A DNA stretch of 64,000 bases from IMG/VR virus record IMGVR_UViG_3300033121_001780; one strand, 5' to 3'. The stretch's first letter is position 1. Each line of letters starts with the position of its first letter. The notes under the pieces were generated by a model that saw only the letters and a program-made list of their open reading frames with translations, searched no databases and was not told the DNA's origin. Origin of the DNA: an uncultured virus (IMG/VR IMGVR_UViG_3300033121_001780). Its lineage: Duplodnaviria > Heunggongvirae > Uroviricota > Caudoviricetes. Shown piece by piece: positions 48,721 to 59,595 of the stretch. The position numbers were made by a program, and so were the translations under genes.

Positions 48721-49812
48721 TTATGCTAATGTTAGGAATATTTTCCTATTTGTTCTATCAACGGCCAATACCTTAACTGCAATCTTATCATCAGAATTTA
48801 ATTTTTTATTAATTTTGTCCATTTCTGATGTATGAATCAAACCAATAGTCTCATCATCCAGAGAAATTAAAGTACCAAATTGCTTCTTTTCCTTCACAAT
48901 ACCATCTATAATTTGTCCATTTTTAATGGTATCCCAAAGAGTTTCTCTGAGAATTTGAGTTAGAATAATCTTATCTTTAATAATTTCCTTAATGTAAAAC
49001 TCAATTTGAGTTCCTGGTTTAATCTCATTCAATCTATTGGACCAGTCTTCATGGATGTTTGCTTTGTGAATCATTCCGGTAAGACATTCATTGAATTCAA
49101 CAAATACACCAAAAGGTGTAGTTCCTGTGACTCTTCCTGTATAGACTTTCTCGTATTCAAGCTCTTTGATAGCGTCAGGAATAAGAGTTTTGAGATATTT
49201 TCTACGGCTTACTATATAAGTGCCTTCCTCTTTCGAGTAAGATTCTATCATAACTGGAAGAAATTGACCAATAATTGAATCAGGATCATATAATTTATTA
49301 ATCCCAGCAAGAGTATTTGGCATAAATCCCGGCAGGGTAATTCCACCATGTGCAATCTCAATATCATACCCGGCTGGAGTTGATGATTTAATATTTGCAA
49401 CTACAATTACATCCTCATCAAGAGATTTTAGAGATTGGTGGGCCATATTTTCATATATCTCACATATGGATCCACGAATCATAAAATTATCATTATCAAC
49501 AGACGATATAAAAACATCAATTTTATCACCAATGTTCAAATTTTTGAGATATTTATTTTCAGATTGTTTATTTTCAACTCGAATGAAATCTTTATATCCA
49601 TCTATAATAAAGCAATGTTGATTCGATGATATTCCAACATATTTCGCATTTACGACTGATCCATTCTTTGGAATCTCCAATTGAAGATTTCCATATGAAG
49701 ACATGTCTAATTTATATCTAGATTGTATTTTTTTTGCTTTGAATCCTCTTTTGAATCGAAAATCCTCCATTTGAAGAAGTTCCCAATCCACTGATGTTGT
49801 AGTTTCTGTCAT
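48721..49812 (-). CDS. Multi-S1-domain protein (ribosomal protein bS1-like)
   Basis: LPGFMP, IVSRR, GRVTGTTPFGVFVE..GMIHK, FGTLI..GLIHTSE, VKVLAVD..RKIFLT. Confidence 0.8.
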   Translation of the reverse strand: MTETTTSVDWELLQMEDFRFKRGFKAKKIQSRYKLDMSSYGNLQLEIPKNGSVVNAKYVGISSNQHCFIIDGYKDFIRVENKQSENKYLKNLNIGDKIDVFISSVDNDNFMIRGSICEIYENMAHQSLKSLDEDVIVVANIKSSTPAGYDIEIAHGGITLPGFMPNTLAGINKLYDPDSIIGQFLPVMIESYSKEEGTYIVSRRKYLKTLIPDAIKELEYEKVYTGRVTGTTPFGVFVEFNECLTGMIHKANIHEDWSNRLNEIKPGTQIEFYIKEIIKDKIILTQILRETLWDTIKNGQIIDGIVKEKKQFGTLISLDDETIGLIHTSEMDKINKKLNSDDKIAVKVLAVDRTNRKIFLTLA

Positions 49813-49851
49813 TTGATTTTTATTAAAAGTTATTAGTTATAGTTTATTGAA

Positions 49852-50223
49852 TTATTTTAGTTTATTGAATATCATAAAGTCTCTTATTCTTGCTGCTTCT
49901 TCGTAATCCTCATTTAATATTGCCTTCGATAATAGCTCAAGAAGATCTTTTTTAAGAGTTTCTTTGTCTTTTTTAGATTTTATCAATTCTAGATCCTCAA
50001 CAAGAGAAGAATAAAAGGATTTCATCTCAGTAATATTAGAAAAATAAAAGCTCTCATCTCCTATCTTTGATAGATTGATATTAGATAGTTTTTCATTTGA
50101 TTCTATTTTTGAAAGAAACTCATCTGTAAAGGCCTTATTCTCTAATAGAAATCTAGAAAGATGGTTAGGTCTATTCTTAAATGCATTTAGAAGAGTGATA
50201 AGATTCTTATAATTGTTATCCAC
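49852..50223 (-). CDS. Hypothetical protein with C-terminal UVR motif
   Basis: LSKAILNEDYEEAARIRD. Confidence 0.7.
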   Translation of the reverse strand: MDNNYKNLITLLNAFKNRPNHLSRFLLENKAFTDEFLSKIESNEKLSNINLSKIGDESFYFSNITEMKSFYSSLVEDLELIKSKKDKETLKKDLLELLSKAILNEDYEEAARIRDFMIFNKLK

Positions 50224-50230
50224 TAAATTT

Positions 50231-50920
50231 TTAGATCTTGGTCCAAAAAAGTTTATAATAGTATTCGAAATTGTAAAGTGAGCTTGATTTCTCTTGGTTA
50301 AAATTAACTACCATAGATGATGCGTCAAATTCAGTCTCTGTTTCAACTCGAGCTAATTTGTTTCCCACGTCTCCTATATTAGGATTCCATTCGTTAGCGA
50401 ATCTTAAAATATTTTGATCTCTCAAATCTCTATACTTTATATACACTTCTATTCTATCAAATTTATATCTATCGGATATATTCTTTATAATATATTCTTT
50501 GATAGATGAATTAACATTGCCACCAAAAGTCATATTGTTTAAAACACCTTCAAATGTTCTATATTGCTTTATAGTTCCAAAAATAAAATCTTCAAATACC
50601 TTTTTAGTATTTATAGTCATTATATATCTAGTATTTCCATTTTTTTGAAATTCTGATTGATTAGGATCAATAATAATCGTATGGTTTGCATTCTTTAGAT
50701 CTGAGCAAGATACAACGTTCGGAGGCAAAGAATTCTCAATGGATATATCAATTTGTTCTCCCTGAATTGTTTCATAATATATCAAGTTCTGATTATCTAT
50801 CTGTATAGAGTCTTCAATTTCTATCATCTTGGACCCGAAGAAGGAAGATTCCTCAACCATGTTCAATGTTCCAAAAACTCTATAATAGTTAAATTCGGGA
50901 CTTATATAATTTCTCCTCAT
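50231..50920 (-). CDS. Hypothetical (probable virion) protein
   Basis: 229 aa, coupled to the 1798-aa gene. Confidence 0.6.
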   Translation of the reverse strand: MRRNYISPEFNYYRVFGTLNMVEESSFFGSKMIEIEDSIQIDNQNLIYYETIQGEQIDISIENSLPPNVVSCSDLKNANHTIIIDPNQSEFQKNGNTRYIMTINTKKVFEDFIFGTIKQYRTFEGVLNNMTFGGNVNSSIKEYIIKNISDRYKFDRIEVYIKYRDLRDQNILRFANEWNPNIGDVGNKLARVETETEFDASSMVVNFNQEKSSSLYNFEYYYKLFWTKI

Positions 50921-53900
50921 ATGGTTCTATTGCTTTGTATATATTGATCTTGAAGTGTGTGATTAACAACACTAGGAATTTCCCTAATTGATGGTGACCG
51001 ACATTCAATATGATATTCAAAGTCCCAAGTAGATTTAAATATCATAAAATCACTGGTTAAGTACCCAAATTCATCAAGCATCGGATAAATTGAATTATTA
51101 CTTTTATCGTTTCTTAATTTAAGAATATTCTCTTTTCTATTAATTTTTGAAATCACTCTATCTTTAATTATTCCAAACAAAGTTAATTGCTCGTTGAACT
51201 TATATTTGGGGCAAGATCCTAAATATTCTTCTTCAGTTTCTTCAGTAGATATATCAAATCGCAATATTCTATTATAAGTATCACCATTGTATGTAACGAA
51301 TTGTCCAGTACATAATATTCTTCCCTGGCTATCAATATTAGCTTTTACTCCATTTGTTGCAAAGGCACTACCATCTAATGTCGGATCAACAGTACCATCT
51401 GAATTCAATCTTGATATTCTAGGTGGTGTGTATGGAGATCCAGATCCAAATCCAGCAATAACAATCTTATCATTCTCTTGGAAACTTATCGTTTGGATTT
51501 GTCCAGTTGAGATATATGTAAATGGTTGAATAAATTCGGGATCTATATTACCATTTGATAAGAGCCTAGTTATATAACTAGCAGTTATTCCATTATACAT
51601 ATTGAAATTACCACCTATCAATATTTTCCCATCCCCTTGCTGTTCGGAGGAGAAAACAATACCAGTACCTCCAGAAGTACCAGATCCACTATTAAACGAA
51701 TAATCTATAGACCCATTTGGATTTAATCTAACTATATTACTCGCCGAAGCACCATTATATGTTGTAAATATTCCACCCAAAACGATTTTACCATCAGATT
51801 GTAGAGTGCAGGTATATCCGCCCCATCCAGATGGATTATCAATTCCAGATCCACAACTAAAGGAAGTATCAATAGATCCATTTTGATACACTCTAATGAT
51901 ACCGGAAGATGGCGATCCATTGTATGTATTGAATGATCCTGAGCATATAACTCGACCATCTGGCTGAATTTGCATCTTGTAGACCGGACCATCAAATCCA
52001 GACCCACTCGTATTAAATAGCGTATCAAGTGTCCCATCGGGATTCAATCTAACCAAATTATTATACGAAAAACCATTAAATGATGTAAAGAATCCACCTA
52101 TCAATATTTTCCCATTTTCATCTATAATTATAGACCTAGGAACTCCACCAGAAAATCCAGATCCATTATTCTGAATAAATTCCGTATCGGGAGATCCATC
52201 ATAATTCAGCCTAACAATGCAAGATGCGCTCATTCCATTATATTCAGTAAATCCACCAACAATTATAATTCTATTTAGAGAATCGAATGATGAAATATAA
52301 GCCTCGCCATTAAATCCTGTACCAGTAATAAACGATGAATCAATAGACCCATCAGATTCCACAACATCAATTGTGGTCTTAAGAGCTATAAGATCTTCAA
52401 ATTCGCATACATCCCTCTTGAACAGATCAATTTCATAAAAAGCTGGCATGTATGGTCCACTATGTCTATGCATAGGAGATGAATTGAAATCTGATTTCAG
52501 ATTTTGCTTTCTGTCAATATTTTTTATTTTCTTGTTATAGTTGACTAGGTTGATTTTTTCATCGTCAACTTTTGATATATCATATCCTAATGGATTATCA
52601 TTATAATAATTCAATTTTGTTATATTATCAATACTTCCATTTACTAGGAATCTAGTTGGCTTAAGAACATTTTTTTCGAGTGTGACTGGTCTGTATCTAA
52701 GATTGTCTGACCTAAGCTCAAATTTGTCTGGTCCCTCACAAATAATCATGTATGGTAGTCTCTCAATGTTAATATCGAATCTGTATTTCTTAGCCGATCC
52801 ATCCTCTTCTATGACTACATAAGTCGTGTAGTCAGCAAAATCATATTTGGAATCCAAATCATTTATTTGTTGTATAAAATTAGCAGCGGTCAATCTCGAA
52901 TTGAGATCATTGTATAGGATATCCCTCTCAACGTTATCCAAATCTAGAGTTGTATTATCATTTACACAAATATTAACTAGGACGTTTTTCCACTTCTTAT
53001 TGATGTAAATAGTTATCCCGCTATTTAGAGTAAAATCTTTATTGAAAGTACATAAATAGGTATTATTATTAAAATGGATAAATGGATTACTCTGAGTACC
53101 ATACACATAATTAGTATCTGGAACAAAGCTATATACTCTATACCAATTTGGAGATTGGCTAGGAACATCTTCATTATTGACATCCGTAATAGCCTTATAG
53201 AGAATCTCATTATGCACAATATACGTATCTGTATAATACAACTCATTTGGATTCCAAATTTGAATAGAATCCCATATAGATGAATAGGTTGATGATGATA
53301 TAGAAGTCGTGAATAGAGAATCCTCCTCCCACTTCATTGGTATAACAGAAATGTCAACTTTCCTAGACTTTAAAAGTGGTTTTGATGATATAGAATCTTC
53401 TTTTGCCTTGAAGAATTTTCCCTTTACCATAGCATATTCACCAATAGAATATGTATGTGTGGCTCTCCAGAAATCTCCAGAAACAGAATATGGTTGATCA
53501 TTACGCACATAATATTCACCATTTCTATAAACCCAGTCTCCCTCGCTGTATGTAGATCCAGGATTCCAAAATGGTGAATATCCAGAATAGATATCAAAAT
53601 CAGATGATGTATTTGGACTTAGATTCGGATTAGATATTGTATTATCTGATAGTACTTCGTATACGATATCATCATATAATACCAAATCGCCATCTAAATA
53701 TGATATATCAGTCTCCCATGGCTTTATAATTTTCCAATTAAAATTAATCCTATAGAATCCAGGATTGGATGATGAAGTAAGTCCCCATGGCTTATCAATG
53801 ACAAATCCATATCCAGAATTCAACAGTCCAACATATGTTACTATCGAAATACCCTCATATGTAGAATTTGCATATGGATAAGATTGTCTAATATCAACAA

Positions 53901-56313
53901 TATCACCAATGTTAATGTTAGTAGGCGCCTCGGTCAACGAAGTAACAAATGAAACCGATCCACCATAAAATTGATTATCTAAAAATCTTCCCCAGTTTAT
54001 TATATCTTCAATATCTCCATTTTGATTAACTTCTTGAACATTTCTGCTTAATAGAACAGATAGCTTATAGTCTTGAAAAACATTACTTCCAAATAAATTA
54101 ATACTGTCAATCATGGAATCCTGTCTCTTAAGAGAATCAACTTCAAATAATTTGAATTTTATTCCCCTGAATAGTGTTGTATTAGGAATTTGAGCTTCCC
54201 CAGCCTCAAAATAAGAATACTTTCTAGAATTTCTAATAACAGTACCATCTAAGAATTCAATTTCAGATCCGAATAGATATTCAAAATAATCTAATGAATA
54301 TGTGTAGGTTTGATAGTCTGTTTGAACTGAATACCTATTCAAATATTTATCCAATTCAAATCTAAATGATGTATCTTGAACATCATCATGGTTTTTTTCT
54401 ATATGCAAAGAATGGTGAACATAAGAAGTAGTACCAGAATTAATCGTATAGAAATAATCTAGATTTCTAGATTGTCTTCTAGGGGTAAAATCATTCGTAT
54501 CAGCAGTTCGATTAAAATCACCATGTATTGTATTGTTATTTAGCAGATATGGATAATCTGCATTTGACAATGAATTTTGATAAACCCATCTACATGAAAT
54601 TGGATTTTTCCTCCATAGTTCTGATAGGTCCTTATCCACAATTCGAAAAGTCTCAAGATTGGCAGTATAGTCTGAAGATGCTGGTATATATTCCACCTCA
54701 CCCTTATAAGTATAATCATTTATTGGTGGGGGAATAGATTTAAATCTTAAATCGGTTGTGTATAGCTTCGGTTCCTCTGTTCTAGTAATATCCTCTTTTT
54801 TTTCATATTCATATCTAGCAAAATCGGAATTCACTATAGATGTATCAAAATCTTTAACATCTGTAAAATTAGCTCTATAAATATTGAATTTCTTTGGTTG
54901 ATTATCATTAGTAATTTCCAAATCCACATATCGATAATAATTTTGATCAGGTGAATTTATGTAATACTCAAATCTATATTCATCTTTAAGATAAAATCCA
55001 TAATCTGTATGAATTCTAATATATCCATCATCATCTAATATAAGATTATGATGCTTACCATCTATTTCTATTAAATGTACATCAGATAATTCAAATCCAC
55101 TTACCACATATGGATCACCATTCAGATTCAAAATTCTATTTTGATCATCAATTAAAAACTCTTTTTGATTTAATTGATCTTCCTTTCCGGTTAAGTCTAT
55201 TTCAGATATAATTTTATATATAGTACGGGATACATTTGAGTAATCTTCTGTTGAGACTCTTGAACTATTTCTAACCCTACTCAAAGAATTACTAACGACT
55301 TCATATCTTTCAACTTTGTAAAAATCACCCAAATATTCGACCCACATGTCGGTTTTACCGAATCCACCAACAAACGGATCACCAGAATCTGAATATAAAA
55401 TATTACCATTTAGAATTTGAATATCTGATTTCAATTTTGGGGTTACAAACGGAGTTATGGAATCAACTATTTCTAAATCCTCCAAGTAGAATCCCAAATA
55501 TCTATTAATAGACCATTTACGAAGAGAAGTAGGAGTTGCTGGCTCATCATCAAACAAGAAATTAAAATTCACGATATGTGGATAAATTATCTTATTGGAT
55601 TTGAACCCATCGAAAAAGGATCTCTCAAAATCAAAAAGGGTATTTTCATCTTCAAGAGATTCATCCATGAACCTTGATTTATACGTATATCCACCAGAAT
55701 CATAATCTATTCCTATCCATCTAGTAAACTCCAAATTTCTGAAATCTACTTCCAATGGATATTTTGGAAACGATCTATCATTAGAGAAATTTCTATCAAT
55801 CCATTCTCCAAGAGCAGTCTTTTTGGTCAAATCAAAAACCTTAACTGTTTTGAAATTTTCCAATATTTCAGTTCGGAAATTTTCTTTATTAACTATATTC
55901 AAACCAGGTCCATCAACCCTAAATATTACAAAATATTTAGGAATCGAATGCTTAAAAACATATAACGGAGCAAAGAATTCATATTCTTCTTGATAGTTTT
56001 TATTATTTGAAATATTTCGAGCACCCATTTGATAGATATCATCGTATTGATTTGCAAAATCATTAGACATATTAGAATTATCGTTTGAATATTTAACATC
56101 AAATGCCAGATCAACTGGAAAATCCTTAAAAAAATAAGGAATTAATTCATCAAAGAAATTGTTCTTATTAAATTGAAATTTTTTAAATCGATCGATGTCC
56201 AATTCTGGAGCAGAATTTATACTATCTAAATACAAATTATAGTTTGTATCCACAACTACTTTAACATTAGTTGTTAAGCCAGGATTCGTTCTTAATATCG
56301 AAAAGCTTTTCAT
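50917..56313 (-). CDS. Large putative baseplate/tail protein with carbohydrate-binding-like W repeats and delta-60 repeats
   Basis: WNPGSTYSEGDWV-type repeats; QSDGKIVLGGIFTTYNG..IVRLNPNGSIDYSF repeats. Confidence 0.7.
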   Translation of the reverse strand: MKSFSILRTNPGLTTNVKVVVDTNYNLYLDSINSAPELDIDRFKKFQFNKNNFFDELIPYFFKDFPVDLAFDVKYSNDNSNMSNDFANQYDDIYQMGARNISNNKNYQEEYEFFAPLYVFKHSIPKYFVIFRVDGPGLNIVNKENFRTEILENFKTVKVFDLTKKTALGEWIDRNFSNDRSFPKYPLEVDFRNLEFTRWIGIDYDSGGYTYKSRFMDESLEDENTLFDFERSFFDGFKSNKIIYPHIVNFNFLFDDEPATPTSLRKWSINRYLGFYLEDLEIVDSITPFVTPKLKSDIQILNGNILYSDSGDPFVGGFGKTDMWVEYLGDFYKVERYEVVSNSLSRVRNSSRVSTEDYSNVSRTIYKIISEIDLTGKEDQLNQKEFLIDDQNRILNLNGDPYVVSGFELSDVHLIEIDGKHHNLILDDDGYIRIHTDYGFYLKDEYRFEYYINSPDQNYYRYVDLEITNDNQPKKFNIYRANFTDVKDFDTSIVNSDFARYEYEKKEDITRTEEPKLYTTDLRFKSIPPPINDYTYKGEVEYIPASSDYTANLETFRIVDKDLSELWRKNPISCRWVYQNSLSNADYPYLLNNNTIHGDFNRTADTNDFTPRRQSRNLDYFYTINSGTTSYVHHSLHIEKNHDDVQDTSFRFELDKYLNRYSVQTDYQTYTYSLDYFEYLFGSEIEFLDGTVIRNSRKYSYFEAGEAQIPNTTLFRGIKFKLFEVDSLKRQDSMIDSINLFGSNVFQDYKLSVLLSRNVQEVNQNGDIEDIINWGRFLDNQFYGGSVSFVTSLTEAPTNINIGDIVDIRQSYPYANSTYEGISIVTYVGLLNSGYGFVIDKPWGLTSSSNPGFYRINFNWKIIKPWETDISYLDGDLVLYDDIVYEVLSDNTISNPNLSPNTSSDFDIYSGYSPFWNPGSTYSEGDWVYRNGEYYVRNDQPYSVSGDFWRATHTYSIGEYAMVKGKFFKAKEDSISSKPLLKSRKVDISVIPMKWEEDSLFTTSISSSTYSSIWDSIQIWNPNELYYTDTYIVHNEILYKAITDVNNEDVPSQSPNWYRVYSFVPDTNYVYGTQSNPFIHFNNNTYLCTFNKDFTLNSGITIYINKKWKNVLVNICVNDNTTLDLDNVERDILYNDLNSRLTAANFIQQINDLDSKYDFADYTTYVVIEEDGSAKKYRFDINIERLPYMIICEGPDKFELRSDNLRYRPVTLEKNVLKPTRFLVNGSIDNITKLNYYNDNPLGYDISKVDDEKINLVNYNKKIKNIDRKQNLKSDFNSSPMHRHSGPYMPAFYEIDLFKRDVCEFEDLIALKTTIDVVESDGSIDSSFITGTGFNGEAYISSFDSLNRIIIVGGFTEYNGMSASCIVRLNYDGSPDTEFIQNNGSGFSGGVPRSIIIDENGKILIGGFFTSFNGFSYNNLVRLNPDGTLDTLFNTSGSGFDGPVYKMQIQPDGRVICSGSFNTYNGSPSSGIIRVYQNGSIDTSFSCGSGIDNPSGWGGYTCTLQSDGKIVLGGIFTTYNGASASNIVRLNPNGSIDYSFNSGSGTSGGTGIVFSSEQQGDGKILIGGNFNMYNGITASYITRLLSNGNIDPEFIQPFTYISTGQIQTISFQENDKIVIAGFGSGSPYTPPRISRLNSDGTVDPTLDGSAFATNGVKANIDSQGRILCTGQFVTYNGDTYNRILRFDISTEETEEEYLGSCPKYKFNEQLTLFGIIKDRVISKINRKENILKLRNDKSNNSIYPMLDEFGYLTSDFMIFKSTWDFEYHIECRSPSIREIPSVVNHTLQDQYIQSNRTI

Positions 56314-56316
56314 CTA

Positions 56317-59300
56317 TTATTTCGCTATTGTATTATAGGTTTTTGGCTTTGCTCCGAATGTAACTTTAGCTCTGTTTAGAGTAAATTTAACAGTGAAGGT
56401 GAAAGGTCTATTTTGATTTTCGTCCTCAACAAAGAATCTAAGCTTCTTAATGTGCTTAACGGTCTGTGAAACCTTATTAAGATCAATGTATTCATAATCT
56501 TTTCCAGCTTGTGTATTATCAAGAGCGTTCATCTTGAAGTAAATGTGTATGGGTATAATAATAGCATTTTCATCGCCACCCTTGACAGACCTAATTTTAT
56601 CCTCATTGGTCTCAACTAAGTTTTGTAGATCAGGGGTAACCGGATGAACTGTTGATAGCAATTTGGTAGTGGATCCAACGCTAACAACTGGATCAATCCA
56701 TTTTGTAGAATCTAGAAGAGAATTATTACTAGACACGAAAGCCATTGCTAAATTTTCAGAATATCCTACATTGTATTCAACCAGCCCAAGAACATTTGTT
56801 ATTGAATTACTATTCAGTGATGTAAAGCTATTACCAATGTTTTCAGATAGCTTTGATAGTTCAGTTTGTGTTACAGTGTCATAATTAACAGACCAAACGA
56901 ACATGTTATCTAAATGTGTTCTAGAAGATCCAGACACATCTGTAAATAGCAACTCATCCTGATTATTCACCCAGAATGTCTGAGGCGCAGATGGGCTATA
57001 AATAGCTGTATTGGAAAGATATTGCCTATTGGAAAGAAGACCCAAATCCGAATCAATAGATTTGTTCTTAACTTTTAAGATGAAATCCTTAATAACATAA
57101 ATATTATTAGCAAATACCCTTCCGCTAGGAACTCCAGAACCAGTAAATGGATCTAAATATTCCTCACACTCAATATTAAATTCGGTTTCCGAATTATTAC
57201 CGATTGTAAATTCTTGATTGTTTCTAATTATGATAATTTCAATTTCACCCTTAGCTCTAGAAATTTTCTCTTCTAAAGACTTAACCCTATCTTCTAATTT
57301 TTTAAGATGTTGGAGCAAATCCAAAACAACGCCATTTTCATCTTTGAATCCGGATAGAATTGATTCTGCAGTGTGATAAAATGACTTATTATTTAATATT
57401 ATAGTTTCGGATAAATGATCATCTAATCCACGAGCTGTTAACTCACTGTCCACTTTGACCTTAACTTCCTCCCTAGAGGCCTCTTCAAGAATAAATTGAT
57501 TATCCAGTAGAACATTGTTCAAATCATCTGGAAAATCAATTGAAATAACATCACTCCACTCGGATTCAACAGGAGATTCTGGCCAACCAACTTCAGAGAT
57601 AGATTTAACTCTTAATTCTACTCTCTCATTTGGACTTATGGCAATATCAATTTGATTTATATTTGGAGTCTCAGCACTTTCCAAATCTTCAATTTCCCAT
57701 GTATACGCAAGAGTTTCTAAATTGTAATCTCTTTTTCTTGCATCTGTTTTGAATTCATTCCAATTTGAGAAAGCTGCGGTCTTTTTTTCTTTCTTGTTAT
57801 TAGATAATTTAAATGTTTCTACAGAAGGCTCTCGACCATCTTTAGAAATGTATCTATATTGAACTCTAAATTGAACAACCTCTTGTGGAAGGGTCCCTCT
57901 TTTAGCAACAGGCTCCGGAATATCCCAGAATCCTCTAAGTCTATATTTCGGATCTACTTTTGTTGATGATGATCTACTTAGAGTAAGAATTTCTTGATTT
58001 GTTGTTTCCAGCAGTTTGGATTTAGAGTTCTTCTTTTTACTTAGTTCATCTACCTCAATTTCGAATTGTTTTTTCTGAGACTCAGAAGTAAATCTAGTCG
58101 CCTTTAATTTCTTATTTCTACTTTCTATGGCTTCTTGTATTTGAGAAATTTCTGATTTAAGAGAAACTGTATAATTATGTTTCGTCTTCATCAAATTAGA
58201 ATCAGGATTATCTGTAAGATGCTTATTTATTTGAACAACCTTAAAATTATCAGAGCTCATAAGAGGAATATTTGGTTGACCAGCTAGCCTATTAGGAATC
58301 TTCTTAGTAACTTGATCCTGTAGAAATTCACCATAATCATAAACAAAATCAATGTAAAATTGATCCATTGTAGTTCCATTATCGGCTCTCAAATCATTGG
58401 TAAAAAATCCAGTCCCCCCTGACCAATTTTTAGATATTAAATTGGAATCAGCATTCATTGGTTTGACAAAGACCACGTTCCTTTCTCCATATCCAATGCT
58501 TATCCTAGCTCTCTTTCTATATACTAATGGTGAATAAATCTTAAGAGTCCCTACTCCGACAGGAATAGGTTGCAGTCCCTCCACTCTCTCCAATCGTAAT
58601 CTAGGATTTGATTCTGTGTTTGAAATTTCAACAATTTTATACCTTGTTGAAGAATTTTGAAGATTGGGAATTAATTCACTTCCAATGGCAAGTTGTCGAA
58701 GTTCTCTGGTGTCATTTATAATGTAATCTAATGTATTAACATGATACCAGAGCTTTCTATTGAGAGCATCTTCCTCAATTTTAATAACATTAAAAACTCC
58801 GTCATATAAAACAGCATTTGGCTCCAAATCAAACATTTGCTCATCATATTTAGGATTCAAAGGATCAACAATTCCTGTGGTTGTTTGGTACCAATTTTCA
58901 AATTCTTGAATGTCTATTCCACTAATTCCTCTATATAGACTATTAAAGCTATCAAGGGCAGATTGGCCTAGTGTGGTCAATGTTCCATCGGGATTACTAG
59001 CAAAATCAACAATATATCTTCTAGATAGAATTTTCCTTACATTATCCTCTACTTTATCTCTTAAATCCAATTCTACAAATAAACTTGGATTCAACATGCT
59101 CTCGAAAAACCAATTAACTTGAGATTTGAATTGTGATACTATTCCGATATCATTAATGGAATTTGGCTCCTTATTAAGATCGACTGTTATAACCTTCTTA
59201 AATTTATTAGTAGATGATGTTTGAATTAGAGCCCCACCAGAGTCAATATTATAAAGTGAATTAAGAGAATTATTAAGCCTCTCAATTTCTGATTTCAGAT

Positions 59301-59478
59301 ATGTAAAAGATGGTAAATTATAGGTCTTTATAACACCATCCATATCAAAAATTCTAACCTCGACCGATGGTTCCTGTGTCGTGGATAAAGAGTTTATTTT
59401 GGATAATATTTCTAATATATTTTTGTTATATCCCACAACTTGATCGGCAACAACGGGAAAGGAACTTTTAATAGGCAT
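56317..59478 (-). CDS. Large putative virion structural protein
   Basis: 1053 aa, coiled coils, FN3-like VELRVKSISEVGWP..ESEWS; AATATATA upstream; first gene of a - strand operon. Confidence 0.6.
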   Translation of the reverse strand: MPIKSSFPVVADQVVGYNKNILEILSKINSLSTTQEPSVEVRIFDMDGVIKTYNLPSFTYLKSEIERLNNSLNSLYNIDSGGALIQTSSTNKFKKVITVDLNKEPNSINDIGIVSQFKSQVNWFFESMLNPSLFVELDLRDKVEDNVRKILSRRYIVDFASNPDGTLTTLGQSALDSFNSLYRGISGIDIQEFENWYQTTTGIVDPLNPKYDEQMFDLEPNAVLYDGVFNVIKIEEDALNRKLWYHVNTLDYIINDTRELRQLAIGSELIPNLQNSSTRYKIVEISNTESNPRLRLERVEGLQPIPVGVGTLKIYSPLVYRKRARISIGYGERNVVFVKPMNADSNLISKNWSGGTGFFTNDLRADNGTTMDQFYIDFVYDYGEFLQDQVTKKIPNRLAGQPNIPLMSSDNFKVVQINKHLTDNPDSNLMKTKHNYTVSLKSEISQIQEAIESRNKKLKATRFTSESQKKQFEIEVDELSKKKNSKSKLLETTNQEILTLSRSSSTKVDPKYRLRGFWDIPEPVAKRGTLPQEVVQFRVQYRYISKDGREPSVETFKLSNNKKEKKTAAFSNWNEFKTDARKRDYNLETLAYTWEIEDLESAETPNINQIDIAISPNERVELRVKSISEVGWPESPVESEWSDVISIDFPDDLNNVLLDNQFILEEASREEVKVKVDSELTARGLDDHLSETIILNNKSFYHTAESILSGFKDENGVVLDLLQHLKKLEDRVKSLEEKISRAKGEIEIIIIRNNQEFTIGNNSETEFNIECEEYLDPFTGSGVPSGRVFANNIYVIKDFILKVKNKSIDSDLGLLSNRQYLSNTAIYSPSAPQTFWVNNQDELLFTDVSGSSRTHLDNMFVWSVNYDTVTQTELSKLSENIGNSFTSLNSNSITNVLGLVEYNVGYSENLAMAFVSSNNSLLDSTKWIDPVVSVGSTTKLLSTVHPVTPDLQNLVETNEDKIRSVKGGDENAIIIPIHIYFKMNALDNTQAGKDYEYIDLNKVSQTVKHIKKLRFFVEDENQNRPFTFTVKFTLNRAKVTFGAKPKTYNTIAK

Positions 59479-59595
59479 CTATACAGATTTTATTTTCTTA
59501 TATATTATTTTGGATTTTTCCTGTCACAATTATGAAAAATCCAATAATTTCCAGTATTGGTGGGGATTTCCTGATTTTTGACCAATATATACTAT

